Below, piece after piece: positions 1-13,439 of a stretch of DNA of 64,000 nucleotides (position 1 is the stretch's first letter; each line of letters opens with the position of its first letter). The DNA is from Octopus sinensis (Eukaryota): contig NC_043000.1 in NCBI RefSeq assembly GCF_006345805.1, positions 81,034,001 through 81,098,000 of the forward strand. The letters are read 5' to 3'. The notes below the pieces were generated by a model. The model saw only the letters and a program-made list of their open reading frames with translations, searched no databases and was not told the origin of the DNA. The position numbers and the translations under genes were made by a program.

Positions 1-3000
1 TTTACTCTCATTTGTCGTTGTTGTTTAGTTGAAGGTCAGTTCTGATCTAGAAGATCTAAGATCAAAGGCATTTTGGCCATGACCATGTTGTGTATTATTA
101 TATGTCAAGGTGTTGTGGCGAGAGTCATTGACATCCCTATGGGATTGGAAGAATGTACTAGCCAAGCTCTTATATAAGTAGCATATTGGTTGAGAAAGGA
201 GAGTCATAGGAGAGTTCATGGAAGTTATAGAAAGTCGTTGAGATCATTGAGAGGTTGAATTTATTGGAGTACTGTGCTTAGTGGAGTGATTAGAAGTATG
301 TGGTGTGAAGGGAGTTGTGCCTATCCCTGCTTCATGAAATATTTATATCCAAAATATAAGAAGGATATAAAACAAGGATTACATTTTCAGATAGATATGT
401 TCTCTTTTTATAAGACTGTATGATTTGAAGAAGTTTTAGCTACTATTTTTAACAGGATAAATAGCTATATAGAGATTCATTCATTACACTGATCATGTTG
501 TTGTTGTGTTTTTACCCCAGACTAGCACTGGTCAAATTAGCATATGGCCAAAGCATTTCAGCAATGACCATTCCATCCTTTTTCTAGGCACAGTTTTTCA
601 AGGACTACATTATTCAACGTGTCCTTCTTTTCTGATTCAGTATATTATGATCTTAGGGAAATTTCACTGACTACAACCTCAGAATGCTGAATCTTTCAGA
701 TGAGAGGCTAAGGACCATGATATCTGGCACCTTATCCTCCACAGCACCCTTGATGAAGCAGATTGGCCTGCAGGAGTCCTGTGCTGGTGCCACATAAAAA
801 GCACTCATGTAGGGACCACATAGAAGTGCTCAAGCTGGTGTCACATTAAAGAACCCAGTACACACACTGTAAAGAGATTGGCATTAGGAAGGCTATCAAG
901 CCATAGAAACTAAGCTAAATCAGACTGGAACCTGGTACAGCTCTTAAGCTTGCCAGCTCTGGTTAAACCATCCAACCCATGCCAGGATGGAAAATGTATG
1001 TTAAAAAATGATGATAGTGAAGATTCCTAGCAGGTTAAATGACAACATAAAATCTTTTTCATGGCCCATTGCTGACTTATGTACATCTGTCTCCCTTTGT
1101 TTTACTTCTAATTTGCTTAAGAACTGTTTAAAACTTTTGCAGTGCAGACATACCACAATAACAGAGGCTTATATTTAGTTCTAACAATGTTGTCATTTTA
1201 AAGTCAAACTACAGAGAACAGACCTATAATCAAAGACATTCCAGCGATGACCATCTCAACTTTCATTCAGATAATGTAACCTAAAACTATGTAGTCTAAT
1301 GTAGTCTAATAATGTTTAATATGAGGTAAATTTGGCAGCTGTTTTTAGCAGGTCGTGTGACTATGTAGAAGCCCCTTCATTGGGTTTATCCTCATGTAAA
1401 ATCAAAAAAAGAGTCTTTTTGGTTCTATATTGATGTAATATATACACACAGACACATATATATGTGAATGCACTTGCACACACACACATATATATATGTG
1501 TGTGTGTGTGTCATGGGAGATTAGATCCAAAGAGGGCAATAAAAGATCAGTTGAGGAATATTTATAATGGTCATGATATATGCTGGTAAATATCAGAGAG
1601 TAGATAAATCTGGTCATTGTAGGTAGGATTCAAAGCTAGATGAGAAGAAGGAAGAATGTGTGCTGGTGGTCTCTCAAAGTTGTTTCAAGAAATGGAGCAC
1701 AGATGGGGCATTTAGTACACTTCCTACACTCTTCCTCTAGTGATTGAAGAAATTTCCATTAAAATGTTGGCTGTCAACTACTTTCAGAGAAATGCATCAA
1801 ATGCGAATCTATTCTTGGAACAGCTGTAAGGGACTATTTTCACACTTTTCTTCTTTGCATCCAGCTTTGTATTTTACTTACAACAGTCAGCTTTACCTAG
1901 TACCTAATGTCAATAATTTGAAGTTACTGTATAACTCTTTTCTGAGAGAATACCAGCATGTATCATAACCATTATGAACACTCCTCAACTGATCTTGTAT
2001 TGAGCTCTTGTGATCTAAACTCCTGTAACATCTAATTCTCCCCTAATGTTATATCAATGTTTAAATATGTAAACGAAAATCAGACTAGATACCAGTTGTT
2101 TTCATGCTTGTACCTTTATTCTATTACACATATACCAGCTTGGTTGAAACACTGCCTTTAGCTAATCTTATCTCTATTAGGCTGCTAAGACATTCCTGGT
2201 TTTTTTTGTTGTATTTCAAGTTAGAGTTTAGGCTGTAAATCAATCTGAGCACTTATGTACCTATTATTTTACATCATCAAACAATATTACCTGAATTTTA
2301 TAACTATCTATCTATCTATCTCTGTCTATCTATCCATCTATTCATCCATACACACACATATATATGTGTGTATACTATTATCATCATGATCATCATCATC
2401 ATGATCATCATTTGATATTTGTTTTCCTTGCTGGCATTAGTTGTATGATTTGATCAGATCCAGTAAGCTCCAGTGTCAGTTTTACCATGTTTTCTATGGC
2501 TGAATGACTTACTAACACCAACCACTCTACAGAGTGTACTGGATGTTTTTTTTTTTTTTGTTTTGTTTTTTTGTACCACCAGCACCAGTGAGGTTGCCAG
2601 GCAAGTTGCAAGACAGTGAAGTATGGGAAAGAGAAAAAAACCCATGACTGTTATGAACAAAAACAAGAAAAACCACAAGAGGGACAGGGCTTAGCTAAGA
2701 AGTTATTTCATAATATATCAGTGGTTCTCAACAATTTTTTATCTATAGACCCCTTTGATTTCTGTTTTATCCTTGTGGACCCCCATAGCCATTCAATGTT
2801 TAGAAACTAGTTTTATTGATACTTCTTTCAAAATTCTTATTTCATCACACCTTCTCTTGTGTACACTGAACTATGTAAAACATCAGAGAGAGAAACCTAG
2901 CTGTTTCTTGCAATAAATACTTTTAAAGCAAAACTTTTTCCTGGACCCATAAATACTACTGTGAAGCCAATGCACTATTTTGCTTGTGTGGACCCCAAAA

Positions 3001-3269
3001 ACCTTATTTGGACCTCCAGGGGTCATAGAAACCCCGGTTGAGAACCACTGATATATATGCTTATAAGTGAATTTGTAAGAAGCCTCACATGCATGTGTGT
3101 GTGTGTGTGTGTGCATGTGCATGCACTCACAAGAATATATCTTGTAGCTCCTTGTCTTGACATTTACATGCTGATTGTTAACAATGTGATGCTTCATACA
3201 AAAATTGGTGTTATTTGTCTGCAATTTTCTGTAAAAGAAAACATGTCTTGTCTTTGAGTTGTTCATATT

Positions 3270-3720
3270 TGTTGTGGCGAGAGTCATTGACATCCCTGGG
3301 GGATTGGGAGAATGAACTAGCCGAACTCTTATAAAGGGTAGTGGTCAGTAGTAGTCAGAGAGAGAGAGCGTTTTTGATAGTCTTGCAAAGTACGTTGTAT
3401 GAACACATTAATTAAACCTCCATTGGCATAATTTATATCTTCTATCCTGTGGCAGGATATAGAAATATCCTAAGGCCAGTGGGAAATATTCCTGTGGATG
3501 GAAACAGATGTAGGATGGTGGAAGAAAGAGTATCTGACCATAAAACATTTGCCTCAATGGAGTTTTCTAACCTATGCAATCATGGAAAAGCGGATATTAA
3601 AATGATGAATGATTATAATGGTGATGACTATTGTTTTGCTGGAATTGTTCAAATGTAAACACCTCTGATGAGATCTCAATAAGACTTAAAAATTGATTAA
3701 AGGTGTTCATCCTGTTTTTC
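3270..3720 (+). mobile_element. Penelope-like 3' end/pLTR remnant ending in a degenerate hammerhead motif
   Basis: Shares 28 identical nt (tgttgtggcgagagtcattgacatccct) with 111-138. Ends with aacacct-CTGATGA-gatct..agact-TAAA..aggtgtt. Confidence 0.4.
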
Positions 3721-4099
3721 AACCTATGGAGAAATAGGCAAATTTTACATGTTTCTATGTCTATTACATAGGCTTACACATACACACACACACACATGTA
3801 TATGGGGGTAGAAGAACAGCTTTCTCTGTAGATATACTGCATAGTTATAATCTAATTCTAATTTTTTAATAAAGCATTATTTTAATATTCTTATTTCACT
3901 TGCTTCTAGTCTGTCTGGAATCATAAAGTTCTTAAATCTCTCATCACTCTTTCTAGAATTTTACAGTCTCATCTTAAAGATGTGGTGATATAGGAATATC
4001 TTCTAATTTGTAATATGCAAGCCTAATGTGTTTGGTATTGATATTACTGACAGAATTTTTCTGACTTACTGTTAGATTTATACATCACCAGCTGGATGT

Positions 4100-4480
4100 T
4101 CATTTTTGTTTGCAAGATATGTAAGGTTTACCAGGCTGTAGTGCTTTCTTCCCTGTTGTATAGAGCTGAAACCTGGACAGTCTATAAAGCTCAAGTTAGA
4201 TGAGTTTCATGCATATATGATGAGACAGTTATGATGAATTATGTATGTTATTCTCTTTGACAAGATCTGGAATGAAGAGATCTTATGGGATGCTGGCCTG
4301 TCTCCTATGAAGGAAATCCTCATTGATAGAAATTTACATTGAATGGGCCATGTACACAGACTGGACAACAGACTCACTAGGCAAATTCTTCACTCCCAAC
4401 AATGCAAGGGAAAAAGAAATCATGGAAGACCGTGATTGAGCTTCAGAGATACTGCAGAAAGGAGCATGAAGTGTAAAGGA
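4100..4480 (+). mobile_element. Degenerate RTE-clade LINE, ORF C-terminal fragment
   Basis: Broken translation KVYQAVVLSSLLYRAETWTVY...MGHVHRLDNRLTRQILHSQQCKGKRNHGRP resembles the RTE/BovB post-RT region. Confidence 0.6.
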
Positions 4481-5270
4481 ATTGATCATAATAAATAGTA
4501 AACCCAAGTGAAAAACCAGCCAGGATGGAGAAAGTTTATCAAGTTATGTCAAAATCATGGACAGTCATAGCCATGACAACTGACTGCAGATGATAACCTA
4601 TATGTCTATTTTAACATTGTGCTCTATGAGGAATAGTTTATCATGTTGTTTTGGCTGTTTGGTGTGTATCATAAATCTGAAGGTTTCATGATTTCCTGTA
4701 GAGTAAGTGAACACCATTTCACTATTTTCTGTTTAATAAATTTCATCAAGACTTCAGGATTTCCATTGAAGATGGTAATTAGTAAAATTAAATTTCTCAG
4801 TCATGAATATATCTGATAGAATTGGAAGTTCAATAAACAAATGCATGTGAGTGTGGATGGTAGGGTTGTATATGTGTGTGATTTTGTAGCCGTATTAGAA
4901 TACACATATGTGTGAGTGTATGGATGGTAGTAACATCATACATTCATACACACATACATAGACACACACTTACATGCACACACATTTATATGTATGTATA
5001 TATAGTTGTGTATCTGTGTGTCACTATGTTCATAAGAAAGAAATAAACTAATGTCACTGCCAGAATGTGTGTGTACATGTATAAGACCATATATATGTAT
5101 ATAAGATCAGAACTTAACTGCAGCTCTTGGTGGTCCAAATCAGATATGCAATCTATGTGGGTATCTTTTCAATACATTGTCTGGTTTAAAATAACCATAT
5201 CAGACACCATGATAGATCTAAGGTATAAGTACTAGAGGTGATCAGACTCTACATAAGGAGTAGACAACCA

Positions 5271-5311
<41 letters not shown>

Positions 5312-5604
5312 TGCATACATGTACATGTGTATACACACATGCACATCTAGATATTCATATATATATATATATATCTGTATATAGGTCTAGTAGGTGCACA
5401 ATGTAAAAGAGCACCTTTGATGCAAGTCCAAGGAAGTGCCATCTCTATCTAAAACCACAAATATGATGTAAATTTCCACTCCAAACTCTTGCGTGAACTG
5501 GCAATGAAAGCAGAGATGGCACAGAAACAACTGTAACTGATAATTAAAGATGTGTTAAAGTCTTTCTTTGTCTTCTTATTCAGATAAACATATATATATA
5601 TGTG

Positions 5605-5655
<51 letters not shown>

Positions 5656-6167
5656 ATAAATATTAGGGAATAAATCCAAATTTACAGGGAAAAAATCAGA
5701 TTTAGGATTAAATCGATTTTATAGTAAAATATTATAAAATATTATTCGAGACAAAACCACTATTTTGCAAAACAAACAAGGAAAGACTTAATCAATACAT
5801 AAATTTTAATAAATAGTCATATATATATATGGCCAATTCTTTCTTGTCTTGGGATTCAGAGTCAAATAGCTGGGTGGAAATGTGCGAAAAATTACACAGA
5901 TGTGTAGAATGATCTAGTGGGATGTTGGGCTTTATATTTTTTCATAGCTCCCATGGTTACCGAAATAATCTGCTATGATAATACCCTTGTGTTTATGAAT
6001 GAGAAAGGAAGGGGTGATAGATGAATAAGGAAGGGAGGGGTGATGGTCATACTTGGTAGTGAGATGATGAAAATTGTATGCTGAAAAAATAAGTTTAACA
6101 GCGTTTCAACTCTGTGTGAATATATGTGTGTGTATGTAAAAGGGAGGTATGGGAATGTGTGTGTGTG

Positions 6168-6240
<73 letters not shown>

Positions 6241-6516
6241 ATGCAATGGAAGTGAGAGGGTTCATCTTTGTTTGCTTAGTATTTGGGTTTATTTTTTGAT
6301 TTGGATGAAACTTGGTTGTTTTCTTTTTTAGTTGGTCAGTTATTTTTAGCGTTTTGACAGAAAAAAGTCATTCTAAAATTGTTTTTTAATGTAAACTGCC
6401 CAAATAAGTTGAATGCTTACACAGAGCAGGTTTTACAGCCACATCATCCAAACCGACCTGATGAAATCAGGCTTAGCTGCTAGTATATATATATATATAT
6501 ATATATAGATAGATAG

Positions 6517-6547
<31 letters not shown>

Positions 6548-6548
<1 letters not shown>

Positions 6549-7103
6549 ATTAAAAGTGGGGAAGGCTGGTTTATGGGATTACCCTGGGTTTCCCATACAT
6601 ATAGGGTTTAGCATAGGTCCTCCTTCAGAGTTCCGGAAAGGAGATATGTAACATCATTGGCCAACCACGTCTGGCAACGAAGTGACGATAGGATTCCATA
6701 CTTGATCTAATGGAAAATCCTTGAGACCCCATGCTCCTACATCGACAGAATGAAACATTGCTAGCTATGCATAGCTGAACGTGCAAGAAACCTAAAAGAC
6801 TCACTCAAACCAGGGAACATCCTTAACTCCAGAATGGAGATTTTCAGGCCATGTTTATGGTTTAGGAAATTCCTGCTAGCCTTTTGAGCCCACAAGATGG
6901 TGGCACAGCCAGAAGTCAATAGCCAATGGCAAAGGAAGATTATCCCTTATTGTTTTCCTTTCTAATGAGGCTTTTCCCAAGCCATATTTTGAAGAGGTCT
7001 GGGCCAACAGGTTTTGGTGTCTGATGATACACCATAAAGCTAAACCTTTAATGGATGGGAAACCCAGGGTAATCCCATAAACTGGCCTTCCCCACTTTTA
7101 ATA
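6548..7103. mobile_element. Penelope-like fragment bounded by ~49-bp inverted repeats with hammerhead-like ends
   Basis: tattaaaagtggggaaggc..gggtttcccat at 6548-6596 is inverted at 7055-7103 (2 mismatches). The minus strand reads GAWGLKDFPLDQVWNPIVTS, resembling the C-terminus of Penelope GIY-YIG ORFs (inference). CTGATGA..GAAACCCAGGGTA at 7021-7071. Confidence 0.5.
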
Positions 7104-7740
7104 TATACTGCTCTACATCTTAGAGTGTGCTTTGTCTCCAGATTTATGTTTTTTTACAAATGAGATAGAAAGATAGATATAAGCACTAATGTAATTTATC
7201 TTTTATTTGTTTTTTCTTTATTGCCCACATGGGGCTAAACATAGAGGGGACAAACAAGGACAGACAAAGGGATTAAGTCAATTACATCAACCCCAGTGTG
7301 TAACTGGGACTTAATTTATCGACCCCGAAAGGATGAAAGACAAAGTCGATCCTGGCGGAGTTTGAACTCAGAACGCAATGGCAGATGAAATACCGCTAAG
7401 CATTTCACCTGTCGTGCTAACGTTTCTGCCAGCTTGGTGCTTTTATCTTTTATTTGTATCAGTGATTGGACTGTGGCTATGCTGGGGCACTGTTGGAAGA
7501 GTTTTGTTTAGGGAGATGTAAACAAACCAGCACTGGTTATCAAGCAGGGTGGGAGGAGATAAAGACAAACTCAAAGAAACATACACACACACACACATAT
7601 TTTCATAGGTATACATAATGAGGTTCCTCACAGTTTTCCTCAATCAAATTCACTTAAAAGGCATTGGGTGGCCCAGGGCTATAGCAGAAGACACTTGGGA
7701 CTGAATCTTACTTAAACAGCAACAGCAGCAGCCGTAGCAC

Positions 7741-7804
<64 letters not shown>

Positions 7805-8105
7805 TGTTGTTGTTGTTGTTCAATTACATAGACATATTTCAACCTTAATTGGTCACAACATGCGATACTGAATTTTAATTTTTATTTATTGATGAAAATC
7901 ATACAATTTTTTTTGTTTTCAAATGAGAAAATTCTTCAAATTCTTTTCAAGTTGGTAGGTGTTTTGTTTTTGTATTTTCTTCAAAACAGAAATATAGCAA
8001 AAGAATAAGGCATAATATTAGAAGTGTTCACAGAAAGTTTTTCAAATCAGACACAGGCACACAAAGAGAGAGTTTGTGTGTGGGACTCTGTGTGTATATG
8101 TGTAT

Positions 8106-8156
<51 letters not shown>

Positions 8157-8377
8157 TGTGTGTGTGTGTGTGTGTGTGTAAATATGTGTGCAAACAATGT
8201 GAAAAAAATCAGTCTTGTTATGTTTTATATTTTCTTATTTCTTATGCCTTGATGCCAAGCCCCTTGAAATTGCCTCTGGTTCTTTGACACAAAGATTCTG
8301 TTTGAACACATTTTAAAGTTATCCAAATTAAAACCTCTGATCAAAATTTCAAGTTAATTAATGTTTCAAACACCATT

Positions 8378-9062
8378 TTAACACTTTAGCATTCTGATTA
8401 TGCTGAAGAATATAATGCTTATTTACTCACATTCATCATCATCGTCAACATTTAACATCCATTTTCTATGCTGGCATGGGTTGGATGACTTGACAGAAAC
8501 TGGCAAGGCCAGGGGCTGCACCAGGTTCCATAGTCTGCCTTGGCTTGGTTTCTACAGCTGGATGCCCTTCCTAATGCCAACCACTCTACAGAATGTATTG
8601 AATGTTTTTTATGTGGCACCATCAACAGTGCTTTTTAAGTGGCACCAGCATCAGTGCTTTTTACATGGCACCTGCACCCATGCCAATGCTTTTTATGTGT
8701 TGCTTTGGTTTTAGGATCTCAATTTTGATGTGGTGGCAGGTCTTCTCAAGTACAGCAATGTGTCATGTCTCTTGGTCCTCTGTCACCTACTTCTTAAGGT
8801 CCTGCGTTTTGAGATTGGCCTTCACTACTTCATCCCATGTTTTCCCGGGATTCCCTCTTCCACAGCTTCCCTCCACTTTAAATGATCATTGTTTTGAATT
8901 AATCATACATTATCTCATAACTTTGTGATTTCAATGGTATGATTGTTTTATTCTTTGACTGATATTGTAGGTAGGTGAGAAAGGCTGGATCTGGTTAGTT
9001 TGAACATTAAACAAGTAGAATATTTTGGCCAGGTATGGCCAGTTTAAATTCTAAAGGGTTAA
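8378..9062. mobile_element. Possible TTAA-bounded (piggyBac-like) non-autonomous element ends
   Basis: ttaacactttagcatt at 8378 and aattctaaagggttaa ending at 9062 are inverted; the interior is occupied by other repeats. Confidence 0.3.
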
Positions 9063-9159
9063 TCATGACAAAGTTATCAGACTAAATTTTTCATCATTTA
9101 ATAAATTAATTGAAACAAAAGCAGTATATTTCAAAAACAATATTGTAATAGAAGGATTA

Positions 9160-9640
9160 AAATATTGGGTCATCTGATAAATAATGTGGGTTTTTTTTAT
9201 ACTTCTTTTATTTTTCAATATTAGGATAAACAGAGTTATTTTTTAATTTAAAATATATTCTCCTTCATTCTTTACAATTCTCTTCCATCTATCTGGTAGA
9301 CTTTCAAGGTCCCTTTTCCAAAATTCACTTGTCAGTGATGAAAAGTACTCCTCCAGTACTGTTCTGACTTTGTCTACAGAATTCATTTTTTTTGTCCAAA
9401 TGATTTTGAAGACTGCAGAATAAATAATAATCAGATGGGACAATGTCTGGTGAATAAGGGGGCTGAGGCATCGTTTCCTATTTAAACAGCTCCAGCCTTT
9501 GGAATGTCATCCTCATTATATGTGGGCATGCATTATCCAGATGGCAGAACACCTTTGAACTTAAAACCAAAGATGGTCATTTTCCAATGACGTTCAGGTG
9601 TCACTGAATGGTTACATGACCAAATCCAAGCTTCTCTGCT
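9160..9640 (-). mobile_element. Mariner transposase C-terminal remnant with one terminus
   Basis: ORF 9243-9443 reads EEYFSSLTSEFWKRDLESLPDRWKRIVKNEGEYI, a typical mariner C-terminus. TIR-like tattgggtcatctgataaataatg near 9163. Confidence 0.7.
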
Positions 9641-9990
9641 AGTTCCTCAACAGTTGCAATGGGAATTTGTTCCACCAGAGTACTTATTCTATCAGTTTCT
9701 TTTGCCAAACTGCTAAGTTACGGGGACATAAAACACTAACACCAGCATTGTTTGTTAAGCGATGTTGGTGGGGGAGACAAACACAGACACACAAACACAT
9801 ACACATACATACATATATACATATATATACATATATACGATGGGTTCCTTTCAGATTCCGGCTACCAATTCCACTCACAAGGCTTTGGTCGGTCTGAGGC
9901 TATAGTAGAAGACACTTACCCAAGGTACCACGCAGTGGGACTGAACCCGGAACCATGTGATTGGGAAGCAAGCTACTTACCACACAGCCA
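9640..9990 (-). mobile_element. tRNA-derived SINE with internal (CA/TA)n, representative of an abundant family
   Basis: Minus-strand head gtggctgtgtggtaag..ggttcagtcccac. Other copies at ~7450-7700, 10080-10200, 17510-17895, 26600-26760, 45905-46310, 56965-57110, 57330-57500, 61990-62340 and 63550-63905. Confidence 0.75.
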
Positions 9991-10291
9991 CTCCTGCACC
10001 TATATATATATATATATATATGCACATATATATATATATTCACACACGCACTCACATTCATACACAAACACACATATCTTTCATGGACTCCTTTTAGTTT
10101 TCAGGTATCAAATCCACTCACAAGGCTTTGGCCAATCCAGAGCTGTGGAAGAAGACACCCAAGATCATGTGGTTGGGAAGCAAACTTCTCACCAGACAGC
10201 TACTCCAGGCAGTTTCTCTAAGAATACTCAATAAGTTAACCGTTACAGCTTTATATTGTGTAGATAAACTGAAAAAGAAAAGACTTTGATG

Positions 10292-12866
10292 TATTGAGCT
10301 GGCCAAAAAGCTCATTTGCTTTTTTTAAGGGAAATAAGACACAAATTTTAAACATAAAGCGATTTATTCAATCAATGTTATAATTACTGTTTAACTTCAA
10401 TATCTTCAACCATGTTGTAAACAAATCCACTTTTCTGTGCTCAAAGAAATTTCTGTCTTTACTGAAGAACTCTTCCAGTTGAATTTTTACATCCTCTTCA
10501 GAGTTGAAAATCTATCCATTCAACAAATTTTAGCCTGACCTGAAACAGATGAAAATGTGACAGTGAAAGGTTGGGTGAATATGGATTGTGAGGCAAAACT
10601 TTCCAGCCAAGCCACCAGAATACGAGGGACGTTCAATAAGTAATGCCCCTGACTCACTTGCGTTTGTTTGATCTAGCTGAAATTTTGCATGTGCAATTAT
10701 TTATATCTCTATAGATTAAGTGGCAAATTACAGCTCTGAACTATTGTGGTTTCTGATTTACAGGTGTTTGAACTGAGTCAAGTGTGAAATGGAGCCTGTT
10801 GAGTGTCGAGCAGTGATCCGGTTTTTGTATTTGAAAGGTCGCACACCACGGGAGACTTCTGATGAAATGAAAGTAACTTATGGTGATGATGTCCCATCAT
10901 ATGACCTTGTAAAATGCTGGCATCGTGAATTCAAACATGGTCAGAACTCTGTGGAAACAGCTCCCAGATCTGGTCGCCCCACTTCTGTCATTGATGAGGC
11001 ATCTGTCCGTCAAGGTGAGGCTGCCATTTTGGAAGATCGATGCATAACTATTCACCAAATAGCCCATTGCGTCAAGATTAGTACCGGGTCTATGGAAACT
11101 ATCATTCATGACCATTTGCATATGCAAGAGGTGTCTGCCAGATGGATTCCCAGGTTGCTCACACCTTTCCAGAAGCAAGAACGTGTCGAGTGCTCGAGGA
11201 TGAATTTGGAGATGTGCCAAGAAGATTAGTCAAAATTTTTCAAAAGACTGATTACACATGATGAAACCTGGGTCCATCACTATGATCCAGAGACCAAAGC
11301 CCAATCAATGCAGTCGAAGCACCGTGACTCACCTCCTCCAAAGAAGGCAAGGGTGCAGCCCTCCGCTGGCACGGTCATGCTCACAATCTTCTGGGACCAG
11401 GATGGAGTAGTGATGACAGATTTCCTGGCAAAGGGTACCACAATTACAAGAGCCTATTATGCTTCACTTTTGAGGAAATTAAGAGAAGCTATCAAAATCA
11501 AGAGGCGGGGCAAGATCAGCAAAGACATCCTCCTCCTGCAGGACAACGCTCTGGTCCACAACTCGCATGTCGCCAGATCAGAAGCACAGGTGTGCGGCTA
11601 TGAACTCCTCCCCCATCCCCCTACTCTCTTGACCTTGCACCCTCTGATTTTCACCTCTTCCCAGCCATGTAGTTGTTTTTGAAAGGAAAGAGTTTCCCAG
11701 ATGATGCAGCCTTGATTTCTGAAGTCACGTCATGGTTGGGGGACCAAGCTGGGGTCTTCTACAAAAACGGCCTCCAGAGCTGCATCAAATAACGGGAGAA
11801 ATGCGTAACTCTGGGTGGTTCCTATGTAGAAAACGACTAATAACTATGCCAAGTTTCGTTGCTTTACCCCTATGGGAAGTGGGTCAGGGACATTACTTAT
11901 TGAACGCCCCTCGTATCTGCTGTCTGCAAAAGATTGTGTTATCTAACATTGTCATGATGAAAGACAATACCCTTATGATTAGCATGTTCTGGATGCTTCG
12001 GGTGGATCTCTGGGTTTAATTTGTCCAGCTGATTATAGTACACATCTAAATTGAGGGTCCTGTTCATAGGAAGAAGCTTATAAAAGCCAACAGCTTTCCA
12101 GTTCCATCAAATTGAAAGCATATCCTTCTTTGGGTGAAGCCCTGTTTTGGAGCTTGTTTGTGGTGGTTTACCACTCTTCCCCCATAATCGTTTGCATTTA
12201 ACATTATTATAGACAATTCATTTTTTATTCCCGTTCATCATTCACTTCAAAGAAAGATCGTTTTCTCCATGTATATGAAACAAATTGCTGATAGACATTC
12301 GTTGGCATCACATTCTCCTTATCCAACTGATATGGGACCTAAATGTCAAGTCTACTGACATTACCAAGTTGATGCAGATGGCTTTTCAACACTTGGATAT
12401 TTGGAGAATACCTGCAATTTTTCTGGTCATATAAAGAGGGTTGGCTGCAATCAGGTCCTTCATTTTGTCACTATTAATCTCAGTTGGCTGGCCAAAGTAA
12501 AGTGCATATTGAATGGAAAAATTTCTTGATTGAAATCTTGGAAAACTATATCTGACAGACATGTTCCATAACAGCATTTTCTCCACACACAGGACATATC
12601 TCCCTGCAGGTTTCCTTTGCTTTCTTACTTTTTTAACCATAGAAAAAATGTATTGATAATGCTTATTTTGGTTCTCCATTTTCAGGGTGATCTCAAGCAT
12701 ACAAAATACAATCTGTCTTGTCTCAAATTTGCGTCAATTTATGTTAGTGTGTCAGACACCTAACAAGTATGCATGCACAAATGATAAAATGAATGGAGCC
12801 AGATATCTAATGTGTATGCATGCACAAGGGAAAAAAAGCAAATGAAATTTTTGGTATACCCAGTAT
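10292..12866 (-). mobile_element. Older degenerate mariner interrupted by the young mariner
   Basis: Degenerate inverted termini (ccaaaaagctcatttgcttttt near 10304; aaaaaagcaaatgaaatttttgg near 12833). Minus-strand transposase remnants on both sides of the insertion (N-terminal MENQNKH at ~12680; GIVFHHDN at ~11960; C-terminus at 10380-10620) join at the TA. Length minus the insert is about 1.28 kb. Confidence 0.7.
10623..11913 (+). mobile_element. Full-length mariner (DD34D) DNA transposon, recently inactivated
   Basis: 31-bp TIRs (cgagggacgttcaataagtaatgcccctgac, 2 mismatches between ends); TA duplications at 10621-22 and 11914-15. Transposase from 10789 carries WIPRLL, THDETW, LLQDNA and HPPYSLDLAPSDFHLF motifs, with an in-frame stop at 11227-29 and a frameshift near 11620. 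Confidence 0.95.
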
Positions 12867-13399
12867 ATATATATATATATATATATATGTGAATACACAC
12901 TCCCACACACATTCACATGGACATGTCATGTTTCTACAAATTAGCCGACTTACTATAAAGTGTGTGCAGTAATAACCTTCTGAGACACAATGAATGCAAG
13001 GTGGTTGAATTGATATATGTGTATGTATATAGGTATACATACCTGCATATGTGTGCATGTGTGTTTGTATGTATCTATATATGTATGTATATATTTAGTG
13101 AGTCATTGGACTGTGAGAGTGTGATCTACACAAAATGTCTATCCTGGTAGGTGGAGAAGAGAACCTTCTTTAACAAAAGCCATTGTCATTTTCCTGCTTT
13201 TTTTATGTTGATAATGAAGCAACTGGGGATTATCCGGAGACACTAGCATTGTCATATTTTGTTTCCTTTGTCCATATCATGGTATCTTTGGCTGACAATG
13301 TTTTGCTGTTCTTTATATATATAGGTGTGTGTGTGTGTGTATACTGAATGGCATCGACCAAAGATTTTACTCCCCAGTTTACCAGACATATAGATAATA

Positions 13400-13439
<40 letters not shown>

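Noticed and set aside
1744-1968. ORF with FSHFSSLHPAL, loosely like the preceding Epac exon
   Set aside because: No matching flanking motifs or convincing splice sites; likely chance.
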